From contig JAKQXH010000055.1 in assembly GCA_029561555.1 (NCBI GenBank), positions 20,263-84,262 of the forward strand: 64,000 nt of DNA. The letters are read 5' to 3'. The position numbers and the translations under genes were made by a program. Positions within the stretch are counted from its first letter, which is position 1; every line of letters begins with the position of its first letter. Source of the DNA: Candidatus Omnitrophota bacterium (GTDB taxonomy: Bacteria; Omnitrophota; Omnitrophia; Omnitrophales; Omnitrophaceae). The notes beneath the pieces are model-generated. The model was not told the DNA's origin and did not search any database. It was given only the letters and a program-made list of their open reading frames with translations. Below are positions 54,675 to 61,900 of this stretch, piece after piece.

Positions 54675-55335
54675 GAATCGCCCCGCTTTCTCCCCGGACC
54701 GGGAGATACGCGCTCAAAAGATCCGGGCGTAATTTTGAAATCGCCGAAAGGGCGCAGCATGTGATAACGGCCTCTCCGACGCCGATCACGGCATGAACCC
54801 CGATCATGGCGGGAAGAACTATTCGCAGGGGCGACGTCCCGGACCAGGCGAGCTCCAAAGCGCAGGCAACGGAAGCCGCCGTCACCGACAACCAGGCGGC
54901 CAGCCCGGAAGCCGCGTAAAAGCTTTTCGGACTCCGGGGTAAAAGACCGAGTAAAAAGCGGAAGGCCCAAAAACCGCCGAAGCCCCCCACAATCCCCATG
55001 TTCAACACATTGCTGCCGACGGCCGTCAGGCCGCCGTCCGAAAAAATCAGACACTGAATAGCAAGCACCGTCACCATCACCAAAATACCGGCCCAGGGGC
55101 CCAGAAGGATTGCCGCGAATAAAGCGCCCAGAAAATGCCCGCTGGTCCCGCCCGCGATCGGGAAATTCAGCATTTGCGCGGCGAAAATAAAAGCCGCGCA
55201 CACTCCCATGAGAGGGACCTCTTTTTCGTTCGGATCCCCGTTTGTCTTTTTAACCGCCAACCCGACCGCCGCCGCCGAAACCGCAAATGCCGCCAGATTG
55301 ACCGGTCCGCTTAAAAATCCGTCGGGAATATGCAT
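54661..55335 (-). CDS. cbiM: Nickel/cobalt ECF transporter substrate-capture component (NikM/CbiM)
   Basis: The hallmark metal-binding N-terminus MHIPDGFLS, followed by 6-7 TM helices. Confidence 0.85.
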   Translation of the reverse strand: MHIPDGFLSGPVNLAAFAVSAAAVGLAVKKTNGDPNEKEVPLMGVCAAFIFAAQMLNFPIAGGTSGHFLGALFAAILLGPWAGILVMVTVLAIQCLIFSDGGLTAVGSNVLNMGIVGGFGGFWAFRFLLGLLPRSPKSFYAASGLAAWLSVTAASVACALELAWSGTSPLRIVLPAMIGVHAVIGVGEAVITCCALSAISKLRPDLLSAYLPVRGESGAIHEQA

Positions 55336-55390
55336 CGTTTACATTTCTCTTATTACTTTTTTAATTTTCGTAATACCATTTTCAAAAAAA

Positions 55391-55807
55391 TTATTGCAAC
55401 TTCCTGCCGGTCGAACTCATCGAAAGAGAGGCGTGGAGAACGCCTTTCTGTTGCCGGATCAAATCGGACATTTCCCGGATCTCGGACGCCTTCCCTTTCA
55501 CCAAAATGACTTCCGCGCACAAATCATGACTCAGATGAACGTGCGTTGCCGCCAAAATTTCGGAATGGTGATGATGCTGGAGTTCGATCAGCTTATCGCT
55601 CAGGCCCCGGTAATGGTGATCGTAAATGAACGTGATCGTCCCAAAGGCCACCTCGCCTTTTTTCCATTCCGTTTCAACCAGTTTAGAGCGGATCAGGTCA
55701 CGGATAAATTCGGAGCGGTTTTTGTAGCGGCTCGCGCGGACCAGTTCTTCAAGCTTTCCGTTGAGGGCTTTTTCGATGGAAAAACTTAATCTGACAACTT
55801 CCGACAT
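55391..55807 (-). CDS. nikR: Nickel-responsive transcriptional regulator NikR
   Basis: Ribbon-helix-helix N-terminus (VRLSFSIEKALNGKLEELVRASRYKNRSEFIRDLIR) and an ACT-like C-domain with a His cluster (LQHHHHSEILAATHVHL...C). Confidence 0.85.
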   Translation of the reverse strand: MSEVVRLSFSIEKALNGKLEELVRASRYKNRSEFIRDLIRSKLVETEWKKGEVAFGTITFIYDHHYRGLSDKLIELQHHHHSEILAATHVHLSHDLCAEVILVKGKASEIREMSDLIRQQKGVLHASLSMSSTGRKLQ

Positions 55808-55817
55808 GCTACCTCCA

Positions 55818-55844
55818 GTATTATTTTTCGAAGAAGAATAATAC
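55818..55844. promoter_or_regulatory. Putative NikR operator: inverted repeat GTATTATT-N11-AATAATAC
   Basis: Perfect 8-bp arms at 55818-55825 and 55837-55844. The core TATTATT-N11-AATAATA equals the published Helicobacter-type NikR consensus TATWATT-N11-AATWATA. It overlaps the -10 box of the nikR/nik operon promoter. Confidence 0.6.
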
Positions 55845-55863
55845 CTCTTTCAGCTATCGTCAA
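55835..55863 (-). promoter_or_regulatory. Sigma70-type promoter of the nikR-nikM-N-Q-O operon (TTGACG-N17-TATTCT)
   Basis: On the minus strand, TTGACG lies at 55863-55858 and TATTCT at 55840-55835. GGAGG precedes the nikR ATG at 55807. Confidence 0.45.
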
Positions 55864-55925
55864 GAAAAATAGGGACAGCTCTCCCATAATTCTATGTCGG
55901 CCAGCGCTTTAGCGAGACCTGTCCC
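55861..55925 (-). terminator. Possible terminator after giant gene 3
   Basis: GGGACAG (55925-55919) pairs with CTGTCCC (55878-55872) and is followed by TATTTTTCTT on the minus strand. The loop is large (~40 nt), so confidence is low. Confidence 0.3.
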
Positions 55926-55931
55926 TTCAGT

Positions 55932-58900
55932 TTATGCGGCGACGGCGATTCGCCGCTGAGCGGCATAAAGGGCTACGATTTTAGTGACAAATTCACTTCC
56001 CACAATCCACTGACCGGACTCCTTGCGAAATCCGATTTTCCCGAATTGATCCGGGTTGTCGCCGATCTGCCGCAGGAGGGCAAGAATTTTCAGCGGACTC
56101 ATCCCGGCTTCTTTCAGTGTCTTCAAATCCAACGCAATTTTCTGCCCCGGCATTTCAGGATTCAGGAACCCCTCCTTCAAATGACCGAGCAGTATAGGCT
56201 CTCCGTCGAAAGACTCCTGCAAGCGAAGCACTTCCTCTTTGGTCAGAAGTTCTTTCCGCCTTGAAATTACGCGAAAGCCCCGCGCCTTGGCCAATCCCCT
56301 CAAACTGCCAAACAGCTCCGGCTTTTTGTCCCCGTGGGCCACAACCAGGAGATCTCCCGCCTGTAGAATATGATTCGCGATTTCGGCAACGGTCGTTTTG
56401 ACTTCATCCCGCGGTACCTGCAAAACATTTTCCGATACAATCAACGGCATGCTCTCCCGCAGGGACCGGCCTTGCCTGATTCCCAATGCTTCAAAAATAG
56501 CTTGATCCAATTCTCCGCGGCTGAATGCTTGCCCGGCAGCCAGAGTTTCTTTGTCCGGAATCCCCCCCGTCGCTTTTTCTTCCGCGGAACGCCGCACCGC
56601 CCAATCAAGGACCGGCAAAGGAAGCCCCGGCATGAAAAGAATGCCGTCTCCGAAATAAAACGCCGCTTGCGCCACGACCGGGAATGCCGGACGGCCCTCG
56701 CGGGCGAGATACGTTTTTAATTCGCGCGGCATATCGCTCTCCGCCTCTTTCCCCGCCACTGTCCCGAGACTTGACCCTTCAGCCTCCGGCAAACTGATCG
56801 GAGCAAGGAACTCGTCCTGCGGAGCAACTTTCGAAAGCAATTCGGCTACTGTTAGAGGATTCTCCTCCTTCGGCGCAGCCAAAAGAATCCGCGTCAGCCA
56901 TTGAGACAGCGTACAGGTCATAATCGTATTCCCATCCACAATGGGCTGATAAATCCTCCCTCTTCTTTCTTCTTCCGGGACCGCTCCCGCGACTTCTCTC
57001 CACCGGAAAATACGGTAGACGGAACGATTCCCCCCAAAAATAAAATCTGAAGGCGCCGCTTCAATAACAACACCTTCTCGCGCCAAAGTCCGGAGTTCTT
57101 CCTGCCACTCCTCGGGATTTGCGGTATTGTCCACTTCACTCCTCGCCCCATCGGCTGAATTGCGCTGTTCGACAATAGAATTAAAAATCATGCCGTGGCC
57201 GATTGCTTCCAAATGAATTCCTTTGTCTCGCAAACCCTTTAAAACCCCTATGCTGTTTTCAAGATGAGTTGCGGGATCTTCATTCTCCCCTCTGACATTG
57301 GTCGTATCTCCCAAGTGAAATTTAATCTTGAAGCCCGCATTCTGAGCCCTGATCAGAATGCCCTGCCAAGGTTCCGGATTTGCAAAATAGCCCTCCTCTG
57401 CTACTTCCTTTCCGGAAAAATCAATGGCGTGAAGTCGTTCCCGATAAGGTATGTTCATATCTTGCTTGAGTTGAATTAATGCATCAACTGTCTGACTCAC
57501 TTCCGCCAAAGGTTTCTCAACCTGATTGAGGCTAAAGACAAACCGGACCTGATGAGGATGAAGGCCTGCCCCGTAAGATTTATTTGCCTCTGCTTCGAGA
57601 TCACTCACTTTTTCGGATAACATCAGAAGCATCGCATTCAATCTTTCCATCATTGCCTGCGAATTTGCATCTTCCTGTTTTTTCCCTTTCGCTTGCAACT
57701 CGGCCGCTCGTGCTTCAACTTCTTCCTTCATATAAGATTTATACGGATTAAACCGCAGTTCAACCTGCCGCACGCCGTCTCTAAAATACTGCCCGACGGC
57801 ATGTTCGACTGATGCCACAAAATCGTCGTCTGAAACCACGGTTATATCCCGTGCGTTACCGGTTCCGGTTGGTCTAGCGTCGCCGACAAAAGGCTTACCG
57901 TCAAATATATCGCGAACCTCCTTCCGGGCAATGCTTTCATCAGGCCATTTTCCCGTAGTTCTAAAATATTCCACAAAATATTTCGTGATTTGATAGCTGG
58001 CGGTTCTCTGTTGTCTTTGCCCTCTTTCTCTTGTTTCTCTATCCGGACTTTCCGCATCATTGTCAATTTGAGCTACTCTATCTTGAAAACGTTCTTTAAA
58101 TTTCTCTTCCTGGCCCGCGATTTGTTCTCCGATCCATTCCGGCTGAGTGGAAAAACTGATATGCGCATGGACGTCCTGCTTGGGCAACGCACGGATAAGC
58201 CAGATCAAAGCCTGATAGGCAAGATTTTTCTGAATCAAACGTATGTTAAGCGCTTGATTTACCGGAGTTACCCTGAAGATTTCCAGCAAGTCACGGACGC
58301 TATTGGCCAATTTGGACTTTTCTTGTTCGAGTCTTTCCAGGGATCTCTCAAGCACGCTCAATAAAGCCTGATTTTCATTCCGTTCGATCTCTCGCGCAAA
58401 AACGTAAATTAAAGCCAGGATATTTTCTCTTCGGGAGTCGCTTAACGGCCTCGTTCTCAACACTTCGTTTTGAAATATAAGGGATTCGGAACTTCCGTCG
58501 AGCTGATGAAGAAGATAATTCCTCGCCCGCGCAACTACTTCTTCCGCGGAAAACGCCTCCCCCAGGCTAGCGCCCCGTGCCACGGCTTCTCTTCGCGCCG
58601 CGATCGCAGCCCGCGTTTCTTCAAGTTTCCGGATCGCGTTCACATACAAATCCGTAATGCTGCCCTCGGGACCTCCCGGAATCTCCGCATTGAAGCTCGG
58701 AACAATCCCTCCGGTAAATTCGCGGCGGATATCATAGACGAGCGCCGTGTAATACACCCAGCGGCGGACCCTTCTCAACCATTCTGTCTTGTCCGCCTGA
58801 TAAAAAAGCTGCGCTTCTTCCGCCATCATTCTCAAATGATTCTCGGCCTCCGCGGCCAAATAGCGTTCCACCATCTCGGGATGCTGCTCTTTGATCTCCT

Positions 58901-61900
58901 TGGGCCAAAGATCGGGATGGTCCTGACTGTAAACGTCGGGAATAACGGGACCGACCCTCCCGTTCAAGTGGTCCAAAACTCCGCTCGCGCCCCAGCCGTC
59001 TCCCGTCGGAGGCGCGAATTCATCCTCTCCGCCCGAAACCTTCATGCCGCTCGTGCCGGAAGCTTCAAGCGGCCTTTTTGGAGTGTTCAACCAGTTGTCT
59101 GCGCCCCGGACCAAATACTGCGATTTGGTTTCATCGTACCCTTCAAGAAAAATGACCCGGTCCTGAATCTCTGGATGCCGTTTCGACAAATGTTCGATCA
59201 CGCGATGGAGAAGCGCAACGCTTGAGCGCCCGTCATGCGAAAAGGTTTTTCCGGCAAATAGAATCTGAACCCCCTGCTCGACCACCAATTTAATAAAAGG
59301 CTCAAATGCGCCTTTCCCGTCCATGTCCCGGATAATATTCTCAAGCTCTTCCGGACTCAGGGTATAATCGCTTCGCAGCCGCGATTCTACTTCGGGAAGA
59401 AATTTCCCAAAAACCGTGAGCAGCATGCGTTTATAATTCACAATGCGCCTTGCCCAAACCGAAAGAAAGAGGTCCGGATCCAAAAGATGCGTCAGCTCCG
59501 AAGATTGCAATTGACGGATAAAAGGTTCCTGTTCGGAAAGGGGCAGATGTTCCCAGCTTGTTACCCACTCTTCGGAATTCGGAATCCCGATCCAGCGGGC
59601 CCAACGGGTTCGCCAAACGTGCAGCTGCCGCGCGATCCGTTCCAAATCCTCCGGAGACCTTTCTTTCCTGGCAAGGATTTTCTTCAGCTTCTCGGTTTCC
59701 CGGATGTACTGCGCCTTCACCGTTTGCCGGACCATTTCGACCGCTTTGACCTTATTCTCCCGTAAAATCCGCCATAAATTCCCGTCATCGATACGGAATT
59801 CCGCCCCGTGCTCCAGCGCCTGCGCGACATCTTTGTCCGGGCCCAATAATTTGATGACCTCGCCCGCGCGAGGGTCCTCAGAATCCAGAATCGCTTCCGG
59901 AGTCCTCTCCGTAAGGTCTGCTTTTTCCCAATTCATCGCCTCGCAAAGTTCGGGAATCATCCAGAAAAGATGATCCACCGCGTTTGTGATCCCAATCACG
60001 GGCCTTTGCGCGACTTCCTCCCGGCTTAAAATTCCTTCGTCCACGAAAAAGTTTCCGGCCTGAATTGCGTTGAGTTGGCTTACCGCCGCGACCGATCCGC
60101 CGAATGTATGCGCCAGCCTCACGATAAAATTGAGCGGCAAATAACTGTAAGGCTGATCGCGTTTCTGAAAACCCGGCAATTGAACCTGTCTCCCGTCAAT
60201 CTCAGTACTCTTTCCGTGAATCATCCATCGAGCCACGTCGCCGGCCTGCCGCCGGACTTCTTCCTTCGAGGATTTTTCGAAATAAATCCGGATGTTGTCC
60301 CCCAAACGCAGGGCCTGATCGCCCCGCTCGTTGAAGCGGTCGATCCCCGCCGAAACGAGGGTGTGCGTGAAAAATACGACCTGGCTTCCGACCAGTTCCA
60401 TCGCTTCGTCGTAGGTATAACCTTCCTCCATGTAATCCCGAACCAACCCGATCAGATAAGGAAAAGTCGCCGTCTCGTTGAGATGCGCGGGGCCTCCGTT
60501 CGGGATGCCGAGTTTCTTTTTGAATTCATAGGCGGCGAGTCCCGCGATCCATTCCTGCTCAAACCGCGCCCGGGAAGAGGTATAGCCCTTGTACAATTCT
60601 TCGAATATTTTCCGGACCCCGTAATCGCGATTCTCTTCGAAATCCGTCGACGGCATGATCAATTGAATCGCGCCGACCTTCACCAGACGGAATCTCACGT
60701 AAACGGGAGGAGCCCCCTCATAAAGCGGCACTTCAACCTGGAAAGGCTGATCGGGTTTCGCGGGATCCTTGAAATATTCGATCCCGTAATCCCCGGGCCG
60801 CAACGATTCTCTCGCGTCCAGGACCGGATACCCGAAATCATCCACCTGGGAAACGGTAACGCCTTTTTCGTAATCCGGAATGAAAATCAGGAATTCCGGC
60901 GCTTCCGACTGAGGGTTCAGACTCGTTACGCCTCCGAGATAAGCGATCGCACGGATCCATTCTCCGAAAAGGACCCCTAATCCTCCGTGAAAACTTGTCA
61001 GCCGGGGTCCGACGCCCTGTTCCACCGCGCTCACCACGCCTTCCATGCTCAATAACACGGGAGGATGCCCTTTCAGGCTTTCGTAGTCCGGGGAATTCCG
61101 AAACCATCCCAGCATCCAATCGTAAGCTTTCCGGGACTCTTCAACCAAAGCCCGATATTCCGCCCGGTCATCTTCGTTCCATTCCGTAACGGGTTTTTCC
61201 CTTAATTTCTGCGCGCGGTAATTAAAACGCGGATCAAAATTAATTTTCTGTTCTTCAAGAAACCGGATGACTTCCGCCTGCTCTCCGGAATCGCCGAGAG
61301 AGGCCCCGCTGGAAGCTTCCAATCGTAACGAAAAGGTCGTCCCCTGCCCCAAAGCGGTTCCGGCGATAAAAAGTTCCCCGCCCATCCCTTCGACGTCCCG
61401 CCGCCCGCCGCTCAGGCCGAGCCCGGTCCCCTGTGCCGCCTGCCGGGCGTTCGCCGCCCTGAAAAACCCGCCGAAAACCTTCTCGCGGTCTTCTTCTGAA
61501 ATCCCGATCCCGCTATCTTTGAAATCAATCCGGACCCACTGCCGGCCGCCCTGCTCCTCGGGATAAATGTTTACTTCCACCCGGCTGCCGCCGTATTTCT
61601 TGCCGTTATAAAAAAGTTCCGACAGGACTCTTCGCAGTTTATAGCGGTCGGCGAGAACCGGCAGAAGCCCTTCCCGTATCGATATCGCAAAAACCGGATC
61701 ACCCGTTTTTTCGTCTCCGTGAGTTTTAATGGCAAATTTCTGGACCAGTTCGGGGATAAAGGCTTCCAAATCTACGTTTTCAATAAAATAAGCCGGTTCC
61801 TGAAGCTCCCCCGAAACAAGTTCTCGAAGCGTTTCGACTTCACCCCGGAAAGAGGCATAGACGCCCCGCATATCAGCCATCCCTACCTGCTGTTCTTCCA

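Noticed and set aside
53854-55201. Alternative-frame minus-strand ORFs 53854..54495 and 54671..55201 inside cbiQ and cbiM
   Set aside because: Arg/Gly-rich nonsense translations in a different frame from the polytopic CbiQ and the MHIPDG-type CbiM proteins, which fit the operon context.
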